This document shows positions 1 to 9,893 of a stretch of 32,000 nt of DNA, piece after piece. The first letter of the stretch is position 1. Each line of letters opens with the position of its first letter. The stretch spans positions 1,920,001 to 1,952,000 of the forward strand of contig NZ_LT549890.1 of assembly GCF_900079115.1 (NCBI RefSeq), written 5' to 3'. Made by a program: the position numbers and the translations under genes. The DNA comes from Saccharolobus solfataricus (GTDB taxonomy: Archaea; Thermoproteota; Thermoprotei_A; Sulfolobales; Sulfolobaceae). Below the pieces are notes generated by a model. The model was given only the letters and a program-made list of their open reading frames with translations. It did not search any database and was not told the origin of the DNA.

Positions 1-293
1 GGGCTAAGGTTATACTAATGGATGAGCCGACAAGTGGACAAGATTGGTATCATAGGCAAATCTTGGGAAAAGAACTCTTAGAATTGAGAGATAAGGGATA
101 TACTATACTGGTTGTGACTCATGATTCCAGATTTGTTGATAGATTTGCTGATTATCTGTTAGTAATGAATGAGGGAAAAATCGTATTGGAAGGGAAGCCA
201 GAAGAGGTTTTCATTAAATCACTAAGACATGGCATAGAACCTCCATTAGAATATGAGTTGGGAGGATTGATAAAAAATGAACACTTTAGTTGA
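1..293 (+). CDS. ABC transporter ATP-binding protein, C-terminal part (5' end outside window), ECF/CbiO-like
   Basis: The reading frame is open from the window edge. The translation AKVILMDEPTSGQD...VVTHD carries Walker B (ILMDEPT) and an H-loop-like THD. It overlaps the next membrane gene by 17 nt. Confidence 0.8.
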   Translation, partial: AKVILMDEPTSGQDWYHRQILGKELLELRDKGYTILVVTHDSRFVDRFADYLLVMNEGKIVLEGKPEEVFIKSLRHGIEPPLEYELGGLIKNEHFS

Positions 294-1242
294 TCAAATA
301 ATAAGTTGGATAATTGTTCTCTACGGATCCGCAGTGCCAGCTTTATTCGTAATTTTCTTGATAGGAATAACAGGTTTAAGGGAAATAACGCGTTATGAGA
401 CTGGAAATACGTTTCTATATAAGTTAAACCCCGTTACGAAGGTAGTACTCACAATAGTAGTTATGACTGTAGCTGCTACTACGATATGGTGGATAGGCGC
501 CATATTAACCCTAGTTCTCTTATTATCATATCTTACGCTAAACGATGGAGTAAGGAAATTCGGATATGCGTTTTTCTTAGCGCTTTCAACAATATTGGGT
601 GGAACGTGGAGCATTGCTCCTTACACTCCACCTAGTACACTACAGTTAGCCTTCCCTAGTGTGAAACAGTTTACGGTAATTTGGACATTCCCATCTTATT
701 TCCAAGTAATGGGGTATGAGCAACAATTAACGTTAGAAGCTCTAATTTACGGCCTTCAGACTACCTTTAGAGTAGCTCCAGTATTATTGTCAGCCTTACT
801 GTTCATTACTACAACAACTGGATCCGATATCTTCAGGATGTTCACTAAAATAAAGATACCTATAGCAATTACGTTTTCAGTGTTAGTTGGCATAAGGATG
901 ATACCTAGGATATTTGAGCTGTTAGACACTTCAGTGAAGATGCAGTATATAAGAGGTTTAGGGTATAGTAGACCGAAAATAGTTTCTTCACTGTTAATAG
1001 TTTACGCGATTTTTGAAGCAATAATACCAACTATGGTGTATTTGTTTAGGGGAGCTAAGAACTTGGCAATTTCAGCTGATACTAGGGGATTTAGAGCTTA
1101 TCCAAGTAGGACTAGTCTAGTAGAACTTAAGTTTACAAGAGTTGACTACTACGGTACTGCAATAATTGCGGCATTAATAATTATAGCAATTGTAGCTAAT
1201 TTACTTGGATTTGGGAGAACGATACCATACGTTGGACTTTAA
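277..1242 (+). CDS. ECF-type transporter transmembrane (T) component, CbiQ/EcfT-like
   Basis: 321-aa polytopic membrane protein overlapping the ATPase gene. C-terminal IRMIPRIFELL...MQYIRG and AISADTRGF resemble the Arg-containing coupling helices of EcfT/CbiQ. Confidence 0.7.
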   Translation: MNTLVDQIISWIIVLYGSAVPALFVIFLIGITGLREITRYETGNTFLYKLNPVTKVVLTIVVMTVAATTIWWIGAILTLVLLLSYLTLNDGVRKFGYAFFLALSTILGGTWSIAPYTPPSTLQLAFPSVKQFTVIWTFPSYFQVMGYEQQLTLEALIYGLQTTFRVAPVLLSALLFITTTTGSDIFRMFTKIKIPIAITFSVLVGIRMIPRIFELLDTSVKMQYIRGLGYSRPKIVSSLLIVYAIFEAIIPTMVYLFRGAKNLAISADTRGFRAYPSRTSLVELKFTRVDYYGTAIIAALIIIAIVANLLGFGRTIPYVGL

Positions 1243-1746
1243 TTTTTTATAATTTTATAATAATTTATCACTTTTAGATTAAGATATTAATTTTAAAGCT
1301 TCTTTTATCTGGTAATTAAATAACAAAAGGAATCTGGTTAAGGCGAGAATACCAAGGAGGTATCAAGGAAAGTTGAAATATATTGAAGAGGAAACAAAAG
1401 AATTATTAAAGAGAATACTGACATTGTAGTTATTGAGATAGTAACTATGGCTATTGCTATAACCACTGGAATTAGGAGTTTCCTTTTTATATCATGAAGA
1501 TGTTTGACAATATTTAAGAGTCTTTTCGAAGGATGCTGGTCGTAATTTAAGCTAACCTCCCTTTGTTCTTAGGCTTTCTACGTTATTCCTTACAAACTCC
1601 TATCTTTCTAAATCCTAAACATGCTTCACTTCCTCTACATTCCTAGCTTAATTTGATCATCGTCAATGGATGGCATTTGTTAATAGTTGTAATTTCCATT
1701 AATAATCATGTATTAATACGGGAGTGTATAGATGAGTTAATGAGAT

Positions 1747-2277
1747 TTAAATGTTCAAGTAGCTTAATATCTCCTTTACCTGAGCAAATGAAGCTTGATA
1801 CCCATCTAAGGTTATTTCTACTAAAGTTGAGCCCTTATAAGCAACTATAATTGTTTTAGGATACGTAAAAGAAGTAGCTGAATAAGTAATGTAATATCCG
1901 TTATATTTATAATAATTGGTATTATTACCGAAGATTTCACTCCAACTACTATTTGAAGAGAATTTTACGATAACTATAGTCATTTCCACTTTAGTATTAT
2001 TTACGTCTCCCACAAGTACTTCTTCTTCAATTGATTCGACTTCTAGTGAATGTTGTGTAGTAAGATTTGTACTATTAGCATAATATATTGTTATCGTACC
2101 AATAGACTTTAAATTAGTATTGTTTTGCAGAACCTCCCAATTTCCCCCAAAGATAGCTTCAGCCTCTTGAGGAGAGAACAAAAGGTCTTTTGAGGGATAT
2201 ACCATTATTAAAGCAAAAGATATTATAACTATTAATACTATAAAAATCAAGATTTTCTTATCCATGTGGATATGCAC
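1747..2277 (-). CDS. hypothetical membrane-anchored, sequon-rich (probably N-glycosylated) protein
   Basis: 176-aa ORF with an N-terminal hydrophobic anchor (ILIFIVLIVIISFALIMV) and many N-x-S/T sites. The more likely start is ATG at 2265 (MDKKIL...), with a TTTAAATAA box about 27 nt upstream on the coding strand. Confidence 0.55.
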   Translation of the reverse strand: MHIHMDKKILIFIVLIVIISFALIMVYPSKDLLFSPQEAEAIFGGNWEVLQNNTNLKSIGTITIYYANSTNLTTQHSLEVESIEEEVLVGDVNNTKVEMTIVIVKFSSNSSWSEIFGNNTNYYKYNGYYITYSATSFTYPKTIIVAYKGSTLVEITLDGYQASFAQVKEILSYLNI

Positions 2278-2304
2278 AGCCTTACAGTTATTTAAATTTT
2301 CATC

Positions 2305-3335
2305 TCTTAACTGCTTTGTGGATTGCTTCAGAATTGTACAAAAAGTTTATAAATTATTCGTTTAAGTATTACCTATGGGAAAGAGTAAGTACAAGAGGGA
2401 CTGGAGCAAGTACGACGAGAACGTCATTACTAGATATAAGTTGATGTTCCCCTTCTACGTATTCGAACATTGGTGGGACTTATTAGCAGAGGAGAACAGG
2501 AACGCTAGGACAAAGTATAAAGCTCCGAAGGAGTTCGACGAATTCCTAGCCTTCCTCCACATCTTCCTACCTTACAGAGCAATAGAAGGAGTATTAAGAG
2601 CCTTAGAACAATTGAAGATCATCCCCACAAGCCTCGATTACTCAACAATATGGAAGAGAGTGAGGAACATGAAAATAACCTTCCCCGAGGCAAGTGACGA
2701 ACTTGAAGTAATTGCAGACGCTACAGGCATTAGCACAAACACGGGAGGACAATACATTGTTGCCAAGTGGGGTAAGACTAGGGATTCAAAATTCCTCAAG
2801 ATCGAGATAGTAATGGACAATAACGAATTCAACGTGATAAACGCTGAGGTCACTAGCAACGAGGTTGAAAGCGCTGTAAAAACAGTTAAGGATCTTCAAG
2901 ATAAGGGAAAGAAGGTCAAGAAGTTTTATGGAGATAAGACATATGACGCCAATGAGGTTTACAAGACCGGAGTTGAGGTTGTAGTTCCTCCCAAGAAGAA
3001 CGCTTCTACTAAAAGGGGCCATCTTGCTAGACGTAAGGCTGTGCGGGAGTTTAGGAAGTTGGGTTATGATCGTTGGAGGGAGGAGAAGGGTTATGGCGTT
3101 AGGTGGAGGGTCGAGTCCTTGTTCTCTGCGGTGAAGCGTACTTTTGGGGAATCGGTTAGGGCAACAAGTTTTGCTGGACAAGTAGTTGAGGCTAAGCTCA
3201 AGTTCTGGGCTTACGCGTGGATGGTTCACTTGGCGAATTCTGTAGTCGGTAGGGCTCCGGGCATTAGGGTGTAAGCTTGAGAGGAACGTTGAAATAAATA
3301 TTAATTACTGAAAAATTAGTGTTATACAATATCGT
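2305..3335 (+). mobile_element. IS5-family insertion sequence, ISC1058-like (ends approximate)
   Basis: A single transposase ORF visibly richer in GC than its flanks, sitting between the 3' end of an MFS gene and the promoter of the 1747-2277 gene. Only imperfect terminal inverted repeats were seen: ATTGTACAA at 2333 versus ATTGTATAA (reverse complement) ending at 3330, and TAAATTTTCA at 2292 versus TAATTTTTCA (reverse complement) near 3316. The exact ends and any target duplication are unresolved. Confidence 0.6.
2375..3274 (+). CDS. DDE transposase, IS5 family (ISC1058-like)
   Basis: 299-aa ORF with DDE-type spacing: IADATGIS, FYGDKTYD, and RWRVESLFSAVKRTFG (the E...K/R signature of the IS4/IS5 superfamily). 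The N-terminus MGKSKYKRDWSKYDE resembles Sulfolobus ISC1058 transposases as I recall them. Confidence 0.8.
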   Translation: MGKSKYKRDWSKYDENVITRYKLMFPFYVFEHWWDLLAEENRNARTKYKAPKEFDEFLAFLHIFLPYRAIEGVLRALEQLKIIPTSLDYSTIWKRVRNMKITFPEASDELEVIADATGISTNTGGQYIVAKWGKTRDSKFLKIEIVMDNNEFNVINAEVTSNEVESAVKTVKDLQDKGKKVKKFYGDKTYDANEVYKTGVEVVVPPKKNASTKRGHLARRKAVREFRKLGYDRWREEKGYGVRWRVESLFSAVKRTFGESVRATSFAGQVVEAKLKFWAYAWMVHLANSVVGRAPGIRV

Positions 3336-3336
3336 T

Positions 3337-4527
3337 TTAATGAGACAAATTGAACAAATCAACAAAGTATCTCTTAACCATAATATTATCATTCCAAAAC
3401 ATCTTGAAGAAAGCTACTGCAGTAATGGCAACTGGTATTATTAGGGCTGAAATGGAGAGTGATAATCCAACTATCTCTGATACAAATCCAATTGTAGCTG
3501 GTACTACTAAGAACAATAAATTGTTATAAGCTAAGAAATAGGAATTTACTGCATTCCTCTCAGCTATACTTGTAGCCCTACTTATCATTATGGTAGCCAT
3601 AGGAAATATTGAACCGTGAGGTATTCCCAGTAGTGCTATAACTGCTAAGAAAATAGAGTAATTTGGGGCGTATAGGATTCCAAATAACCCCAAAATTGTT
3701 ATAATGATAGAAATTAACATTGGCATTCTGAGGTTTTCGAAAGGTCTTATGGTCATCGTAAGTCTAGTTAAGAAAGACATTATATAGAATGGCAAAAAGA
3801 CAAAGTAGGCATCGAAATTAGGTAAGTTGAATCTATCCTTTGCCAATATTGCCAAGAATGTGGTAAATGCTGCGAATGGCACATTATACGTGGTAATTGA
3901 TAGTGCAGCAGCTGTTAGACCCTTATTTTTAATCACTGAAATCCCACTACTTTCTCTCTTAACATCTGGGAATCTAATACTCGATGAAATTATAATGCCT
4001 ATAACTGCTATTGGAATAAACCATAAGAATACATCCCTATAGTCGTATTTAGTTAGTAAATAGACTTCAATTGCAGGACCTAGAATCAAACTGGTACTAA
4101 GGCTAGTTGAGTACAGGGATAGTAGCCTCTCAACTGATTTCTTATCATTTGCCAAACTCGCTGCTGTTATTAGGTTAGGCATTACTAAACCGAATGCGAT
4201 TCCGGCTAAGATTGAGATTATCCATATTGATATTGCGTTAGACAGATAATAGAGTGGTAACGAAAATAAAATTATAACATTGGAAATTACAAATACTCTC
4301 CTTCTTACCCTCGAATTAAGTTCAGGATTAATAAATGTTGTGGCGATAAAATTGAAGGTAAATAGTAATGCCGATAAAAGTCCAACCAGAGAGTTAGATA
4401 GTTGAAGACTATACTTTGCTAATAATGGAACCGTTGTAGTAACCATGTTATTTGTAGCTCTGGCTGAGATTGTCATTAGTACAAGAATTATGGCCGAGTA
4501 AATCAATGAATGTTTTGAGCTGTGCAT
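3337..4527 (-). CDS. MFS-type transporter (substrate unknown)
   Basis: 396-aa ORF with about 12 hydrophobic segments in a two-halves organisation. No specific subfamily motif was recognised. Confidence 0.65.
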   Translation of the reverse strand: MHSSKHSLIYSAIILVLMTISARATNNMVTTTVPLLAKYSLQLSNSLVGLLSALLFTFNFIATTFINPELNSRVRRRVFVISNVIILFSLPLYYLSNAISIWIISILAGIAFGLVMPNLITAASLANDKKSVERLLSLYSTSLSTSLILGPAIEVYLLTKYDYRDVFLWFIPIAVIGIIISSSIRFPDVKRESSGISVIKNKGLTAAALSITTYNVPFAAFTTFLAILAKDRFNLPNFDAYFVFLPFYIMSFLTRLTMTIRPFENLRMPMLISIIITILGLFGILYAPNYSIFLAVIALLGIPHGSIFPMATIMISRATSIAERNAVNSYFLAYNNLLFLVVPATIGFVSEIVGLSLSISALIIPVAITAVAFFKMFWNDNIMVKRYFVDLFNLSH

Positions 4528-4594
4528 TGCAGATACATAGTTGACAAGTTAAATTTAAACTTACTTACAAAAGTAGTAAACGTGTTAATTTTTT

Positions 4595-5677
4595 ATGATT
4601 CGAATAAGCATAGCTTTATTAGACCATCAAGAGCAGTTACCCAATATGTTTGAAAATTTAAGTGAAGATCTAAGAAAGGCTTTGAATGAAGCCGGTTACA
4701 TTAAACCTACCAGAGTCCAAGAAGTTGTTATTCCAGAATTGATGAACGGTAAAAGTGTAATAGTTCAAGCTAAGACCGGATCTGGTAAGACTGCAGCGTA
4801 TGTTATTCCAATTTTAGAAAGAAATAGTACCGCTTTAATTTTATCGCCTACTAGAGAATTAGCAACGCAAATTCTAGATGAGATAAAGAAACTAGGAAAA
4901 TATAAACAAATTGACGTTAGCTTGATAATAGGTGGGATGAGTTACGACGATCAAAGACAATCCAAAATAGTCGTTGGTACCCCAGGAAGACTTTTGGATC
5001 TGTGGAGTAAGGGCAAGATTGACTTCTCTGGTTACGATTTCGTTATAGTTGACGAAGCGGATAGAATGCTGGATATGGGTTTTATAGATGACATTAGAAT
5101 GATATTGAATCATTGTAATGCTAAAATTGCAGGGTTCTTCTCAGCTACAATACCAGATGAAATTATGACCCTTGCCAAAGAGTTCTCCAAGGATCTTAGA
5201 GAGATCGTATTGGATGAATATAAACCGGTAGAGGAGGTTAAACAGAAATTCGTGAAGGTTAGGAATGATTGGAATGATAAAGTATCGAAATTACTGGAGG
5301 AAATAAACGGTGAGAAAATTCTGGTATTCGCTAGGACTAGGGATAGGGCTAGGAAACTATACTATCTGTTAAAAGGGAAGGGAGTAAATGTGGGACTTTT
5401 AAGTGGAGATATGCCTCAGAGCGTTAGATTAAAGAACTTTTACGGGTTCAAAAAGGGAAAGTACAATGTTCTAGTTGCAACTGATTTGGCTTCTAGAGGA
5501 ATTGATATAATAGATGTTAACAAGGTAATAAATTTCGATATTCCCAGAGACGTGGAGACTTACATACATAGAGTAGGAAGGACTGGTAGAATGGGAAGAG
5601 TGGGTCAAGCAATAACGTTCTATACGTTCAGAGAAGCTGACATGATTAAAAGAATCAATAACTTACTTGCAATTTAG
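4595..5677 (+). CDS. DEAD-box ATP-dependent RNA helicase (minimal two-RecA core)
   Basis: All core motifs are present: Q motif (F...PTRVQ), I AKTGSGKT, Ia PTRELA, Ib [34 protein letters not shown]. The true start is probably ATG at 4646 (MFENLSEDL...), which gives the canonical spacing before the Q motif. There is no C-terminal extension. Confidence 0.9.
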   Translation: MIRISIALLDHQEQLPNMFENLSEDLRKALNEAGYIKPTRVQEVVIPELMNGKSVIVQAKTGSGKTAAYVIPILERNSTALILSPTRELATQILDEIKKLGKYKQIDVSLIIGGMSYDDQRQSKIVVGTPGRLLDLWSKGKIDFSGYDFVIVDEADRMLDMGFIDDIRMILNHCNAKIAGFFSATIPDEIMTLAKEFSKDLREIVLDEYKPVEEVKQKFVKVRNDWNDKVSKLLEEINGEKILVFARTRDRARKLYYLLKGKGVNVGLLSGDMPQSVRLKNFYGFKKGKYNVLVATDLASRGIDIIDVNKVINFDIPRDVETYIHRVGRTGRMGRVGQAITFYTFREADMIKRINNLLAI

Positions 5678-7379
5678 GAAAACGTTTTTATTTTTGAACA
5701 TTCATTTCCCTTACGTGCTAAGGAATACATTACTAATCCTCCTTTTGCTCTTACCAACACCATTACTGGCCATTTCATTACCAACTGGAGTAGTAGCTTA
5801 TGACGGTCCTATATTCACAAATCAAGTATTAGGTTACGTGAATATAACATCACTTCAGGCTTATAATGCATCTGGTTCAAAATTTGGAGTTCCACCTTAT
5901 GGTGCTTCGCTGCAATTAAACGTCATGCTACAAGTGAATACTAGCAATGAGGAGTACTATTTTTGGCTACAAAATGTAGCAGATTTCATTACAAATGAGA
6001 GCAAGATGTTCTTTAGTGAAAATATTTGGAACTCAACTACTCCATTAGCTGGAATAAATAACGTAATTGGCAAGGGTGAAATATACTCCACCTCAGACCT
6101 TTTCTCTCATTCTTCATACTACGCTTACGGCACTTATTATATTAAATACGATTTCCCATTTTCGTTTTACCTTATAGTAAATGAAAGCCATAATAATCAA
6201 GGAGTATATGTTAGTTTCGGTTACGTTATTCTTCAGAACGGAAATATAACTCCACCCAATCCAACGTTTTACGATACAGTTTTCATCCCAGTTAATAATT
6301 TGACCTCTGCCTCAATTATAATAGCTAATCAGACTACTCCTAATTTAAACTTAGGTATTATAACATATTTGGGAAGCTACTTAGATGCTGAATTGGTATG
6401 GGGAGGATTTGGAAATGGTGCATCTACAACGTTCTTAAACATGTCCTCTTATCTAGCATTACTGTACATGAAAAACGGTAAATGGGTCCCATTTTCACAA
6501 GTATATAATTACGGGAGTGACACAGCAGAGTCCACTAATAATTTACGTGTTACCATAGCAAAAAATGGAGATGCATACGTTACAATAGGAAAGCAGAATC
6601 CAGGATTGTTAACTACTAACTTTAACCCTTCAATCCCTGGTTTCTTATACTTGAATATTAGTAGTAAAATACCGTTTCTAGTTAATAACATCATTTCACG
6701 TACTTTCTCTGGTTACGTTTCAGCCCCAATTAAATTAGGCTTCTTTATGAATTATTCCATTAACTCATCCTCCTTTGCAGTCCTCAATGGAAACTATCCT
6801 AGCTTAATAGAACCTAACGTCAGTTGGTTCAAGATTTTGAACATTATCCCTAACTACACATATTACTACTTGGTGAGAGTAAACTCATCTATTCCAGTTA
6901 TTGGCACGATAAATGGTAAACAAATTACCTTAAATGATACAAATTGGTTTGCCCAAGGTACTCAAATCAAAATAGTTAATTACACGTATTATAATGGTAG
7001 CGATGAGAGGTATGTTATTTCATCAATTTTACCATCGCTATCGTTTAACATTAGCTCGCCTTTAAACGTTACCATAAACACTATAAAACAATATCGAGTT
7101 ATAATAAACTCCGATTTGCCAACATACTTAAATGATAAAAGGGTAAATGGAAGCATATGGATTAACACTGGTACAATTGTTAAATTAAGTGCAAGTATCC
7201 CCTTTTATGAAGTGGGAAGGTTTATCGGGACTTATAACTTAACACTAGGAGGGACCATAGTAGTGAATAAACCGATAGTTGAAAAATTGCAATTATCTAT
7301 TAATAATTTACTATTAGAAATAACGGCTATAATAATAGTAATAGTTATTATCATGTTAATACTGAGAAAGAGAAGATAA
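5667..7379 (+). CDS. thermopsin-family (peptidase A5-like) secreted glycoprotein with C-terminal membrane anchor
   Basis: It has an N-terminal signal-like segment. The block [10 protein letters not shown]...[15 protein letters not shown]...YYFWLQNV is paralogous to the 18248-20875 product and matches my memory of the thermopsin domain. There are about 20 N-x-S/T sequons and a C-terminal TM ([15 protein letters not shown]) followed by RKRR. The likely start is GTG 5715 rather than 5667, which would overlap the helicase gene. Confidence 0.7.
   Translation: MQFRKTFLFLNIHFPYVLRNTLLILLLLLPTPLLAISLPTGVVAYDGPIFTNQVLGYVNITSLQAYNASGSKFGVPPYGASLQLNVMLQVNTSNEEYYFWLQNVADFITNESKMFFSENIWNSTTPLAGINNVIGKGEIYSTSDLFSHSSYYAYGTYYIKYDFPFSFYLIVNESHNNQGVYVSFGYVILQNGNITPPNPTFYDTVFIPVNNLTSASIIIANQTTPNLNLGIITYLGSYLDAELVWGGFGNGASTTFLNMSSYLALLYMKNGKWVPFSQVYNYGSDTAESTNNLRVTIAKNGDAYVTIGKQNPGLLTTNFNPSIPGFLYLNISSKIPFLVNNIISRTFSGYVSAPIKLGFFMNYSINSSSFAVLNGNYPSLIEPNVSWFKILNIIPNYTYYYLVRVNSSIPVIGTINGKQITLNDTNWFAQGTQIKIVNYTYYNGSDERYVISSILPSLSFNISSPLNVTINTIKQYRVIINSDLPTYLNDKRVNGSIWINTGTIVKLSASIPFYEVGRFIGTYNLTLGGTIVVNKPIVEKLQLSINNLLLEITAIIIVIVIIMLILRKRR
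5684..5696 (+). promoter_or_regulatory. candidate TATA box for a leaderless thermopsin-like gene
   Basis: GTTTTTATTTTTG is centred about 25 nt upstream of the in-frame GTG at 5715 ([13 protein letters not shown]..., which starts directly with a signal-like hydrophobic stretch). Confidence 0.35.
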
Positions 7380-7381
7380 AA

Positions 7382-8254
7382 TTATAGCGTGACTTTTTTA
7401 AACCTAAGTCTTACGTGAATATAAGCCAAAAATAACCCAACAAGCATTGAGACTATTATAAGAACTAATGTATTGAAATTGATTATGGGTTTCATGGGCG
7501 AATACAGATTTATACCTTGAAATAGAATGAGTGATAGGCCTAAAGCCATTACGCCAAGTATTACATATTTCAATTTACTATTTAAATTTTGAAACTGCAA
7601 TCTTCTTCTCCATAATTCTCCTGTGAAGTAAAATAGCACTATTCCGATTACAATAAAGGTAAATTTTACAAACACAGTGTATAGAAATATTTTCCACCAT
7701 TCAGCAAGATGATTTAACTCATATAATTGGATGAACACGAAAGAAGAATAGAATATCATCCAATCAACTAGTCTACTGTTTTTAAAGGGACCATAAATTC
7801 TGATCCAAGGCATCTTAACTACTTCTTTCAACCCAGGATCTGCCGTCTTATTTATTATTCTCATTGGATCTTCAAGATACCACATTATCCCCCTGCTTTT
7901 CCTTATATTACCGTCGTAGTCCAGTTCATAATTTTTAACCAATCTACCTAAAGGGAAAAACAATTCTACACCCCTATCCGTAGGTGATGTAAGTAGATCC
8001 AAAGCCATATGAAGAAATATTCCCAATCCTAAGTAAAAGTTTAAATAGACCATTGCAAGAGCGAAAAAGATGTTATGGAAGAGAGCTCTGTGTAGTTGAT
8101 ATTTTGCAAATATTTTCCTCTTAGTTAATACATATTCCCTATCCAGGTCAGGTATTGCCGCTCCAATCCCTACTAACACAGCTAAGGTTATGTCATTGTG
8201 GAAGAAAATTAGCCCAAATGCCAAGGCTAATATTATGTGAGTGTGTAAATTCAT
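7382..8254 (-). CDS. membrane-bound metal-dependent hydrolase, YdjM/DUF457-like
   Basis: 290-aa membrane protein whose motifs HTHI, IPDLDRE, HRALFHN and HMALDLLT follow the order of the YdjM family (PDIDH, HRGFTHS, HILADMLT). Confidence 0.5.
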   Translation of the reverse strand: MNLHTHIILALAFGLIFFHNDITLAVLVGIGAAIPDLDREYVLTKRKIFAKYQLHRALFHNIFFALAMVYLNFYLGLGIFLHMALDLLTSPTDRGVELFFPLGRLVKNYELDYDGNIRKSRGIMWYLEDPMRIINKTADPGLKEVVKMPWIRIYGPFKNSRLVDWMIFYSSFVFIQLYELNHLAEWWKIFLYTVFVKFTFIVIGIVLFYFTGELWRRRLQFQNLNSKLKYVILGVMALGLSLILFQGINLYSPMKPIINFNTLVLIIVSMLVGLFLAYIHVRLRFKKVTL

Positions 8255-8600
8255 ATAAAATTATTACCTTTTCTCATTCTAATAAATTTTATGACAGCAT
8301 GAAATTAATAAAAAGCTTGGTTCTAACCTTCAGATAATTAAGTTAAAATATTCACTTAGTTAATAATAAATGTTAAGATTGTTTAAGATGAGGAAAAATA
8401 CCTAAAATAGTAAACTATTTATAAAATTTAGTAGAAAATCATCTCTTCTATAAAATAACGAGATTTTTAGATCCTATAATTTATCTATAATTTACTTAAA
8501 AATTTTTCAGTTATATTGTAAAAGTCTCTTCATTATGATAGAATACTGTTTAACTTTTAATGAGTAAAAAATTGAAGGAAGAAACAAACGATTGTAAAAT

Positions 8601-9884
8601 ATGAAGGAAGAAACAAAAGTTTCAATCGCAGCAATGATAGGTATAGCATTCGAATTCTATGATTTTTTGATATTCGGATTCGTAGCTGGCATCTTGGCTA
8701 ACTTATTCTTCCCATCTGGAAATAAAATAGTGTCGCTTCTTGACACGTTTGCAGTATTTGCTACAGGCTTTGCTGGTAGACCGCTGGGAGCAATAGTGTT
8801 TGGTCATCTAGGTGATAAGATAGGAAGGAAATATACATTAATAATTACTATGACATTAATGGGGCTATCGTCATTATTTACGGGTTTATTACCAGGTTAC
8901 GCTATATTAGGTGTTTTAGCACCCACGTTGCTGACGATTTTGAGATTACTTCAAGGATTTTCACTAGGAGGCGAATTTGGAGGAGGAATTACTCTCTCAG
9001 CGGAATTTGCAGAACCTGGGAAAAGAGCTTTTTATACCGGAATTGCTCAAATGGCCCAAGGTATAGGCCCGCTAATGGCTACTGGATTAATATTCGTCTT
9101 TAGTAGTATTATGTTACCTAGTGCTTTCGCATCTATTGGTTGGAGAATACTTTTCATAATTGGCGCATTTATCGCAGTAATAGGAGTCATGATAAGACTA
9201 AAAATTTCTGAATCACCAGTATTCAAAAAAGTTAAGGAGAAGAATGAGATTTCTCATTTTCCACTAGTTGATGCTTTCAGAATTTATTGGAAAAGGATAC
9301 TATTGGGTTTAGGATTCATAATAGGTGGTACTACAATGACATATGCTACTAGTGTTTTCGCATCATCATATTTAGAAAATGTGATAGGAGTACCTGCACG
9401 ACTCGTTTCATTAGCCTTGACTATAGGATACATCGTTGAGGCAATATCTATACTCTTGTTCGCAATGTTGGCTGATAAAGTAGGGAGAAAGCCATTAATG
9501 GTTGCAACTGCAGTAGGTTTATTAATCCTCGTATACCCGTATTTCTTATTAATCTCTACTGGCCAATTCTCACTAATATTGTTAGCTCAAATAATGTACT
9601 CCGTTATAGGTTCAATGTCAACTGGTGCATATGCAACTGCCTTAACTGAGTTATTCCCAACCAAAGTAAGATATACAGCCTTATCCTTCGACTACCATGT
9701 GGGAGTTGCGGTATTTGGAGGAACCACGCCATTCATTGCAAGCTATCTGATTTACGCTACTGGTTATAAATTAGCACCTGTTTATTGGGGAATAGCTGGA
9801 ATGATCTTAACATTAATAGCTTATTTATTGTATAAAGAAACTAAAGGAACAGTATTTGAGGGACAAGAAGTATTGAAAAGATAA
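8601..9884 (+). CDS. MFS transporter, metabolite:H+ symporter (MHS) family
   Basis: N-terminal FEFYDFLIFGF...LFFP and the loop GHLGDKIGRKY are typical of ProP/KgtP-type MHS carriers. About 12 TMS. Confidence 0.8.
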   Translation: MKEETKVSIAAMIGIAFEFYDFLIFGFVAGILANLFFPSGNKIVSLLDTFAVFATGFAGRPLGAIVFGHLGDKIGRKYTLIITMTLMGLSSLFTGLLPGYAILGVLAPTLLTILRLLQGFSLGGEFGGGITLSAEFAEPGKRAFYTGIAQMAQGIGPLMATGLIFVFSSIMLPSAFASIGWRILFIIGAFIAVIGVMIRLKISESPVFKKVKEKNEISHFPLVDAFRIYWKRILLGLGFIIGGTTMTYATSVFASSYLENVIGVPARLVSLALTIGYIVEAISILLFAMLADKVGRKPLMVATAVGLLILVYPYFLLISTGQFSLILLAQIMYSVIGSMSTGAYATALTELFPTKVRYTALSFDYHVGVAVFGGTTPFIASYLIYATGYKLAPVYWGIAGMILTLIAYLLYKETKGTVFEGQEVLKR

Positions 9885-9893
9885 GGGATAATC

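Noticed and set aside
393-614. Short ORFs antisense to, or nested within, long well-supported genes: 393-614, 2638-2859, 2786-3229, 3827-4042, 4892-5113, 6509-6694, 10070-10279, 11817-12074, 12489-12746, 13293-13475, 14808-14996, 15636-15839, 17104-17298, 17518-17706, 17576-17788, 21834-22052, 22540-22722, 26006-26368, 26560-26817, 27106-27342, 27152-27340, 27404-27586, 29131-29412, 29780-29998, 30128-30493.
   Set aside because: Each lies entirely or largely inside a longer ORF with recognisable family motifs. Their products are low-complexity or have no recognisable motifs, and none has its own promoter-like context. These are typical shadow ORFs.
1653-1850. 65-aa plus-strand ORF spanning the 3' end of the 1747-2277 gene.
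   Set aside because: It overlaps the convergent gene, has no motifs and no TATA-like box at suitable distance, so it is probably spurious.
4595-4645. N-terminal 17 codons of the helicase ORF ([17 protein letters not shown]).
   Set aside because: DEAD-box proteins normally start shortly before the aromatic residue of the Q motif, and MFENLSEDL at 4646 fits that pattern. The feature keeps the longest ORF coordinates, but the extension is doubtful.
8155-8337. 60-aa plus-strand ORF overlapping the 5' end of the DUF457-like gene.
   Set aside because: It is antisense to the start of a supported gene and runs into AT-rich spacer. It has an odd composition (Cys/His/Arg rich from antisense codons).
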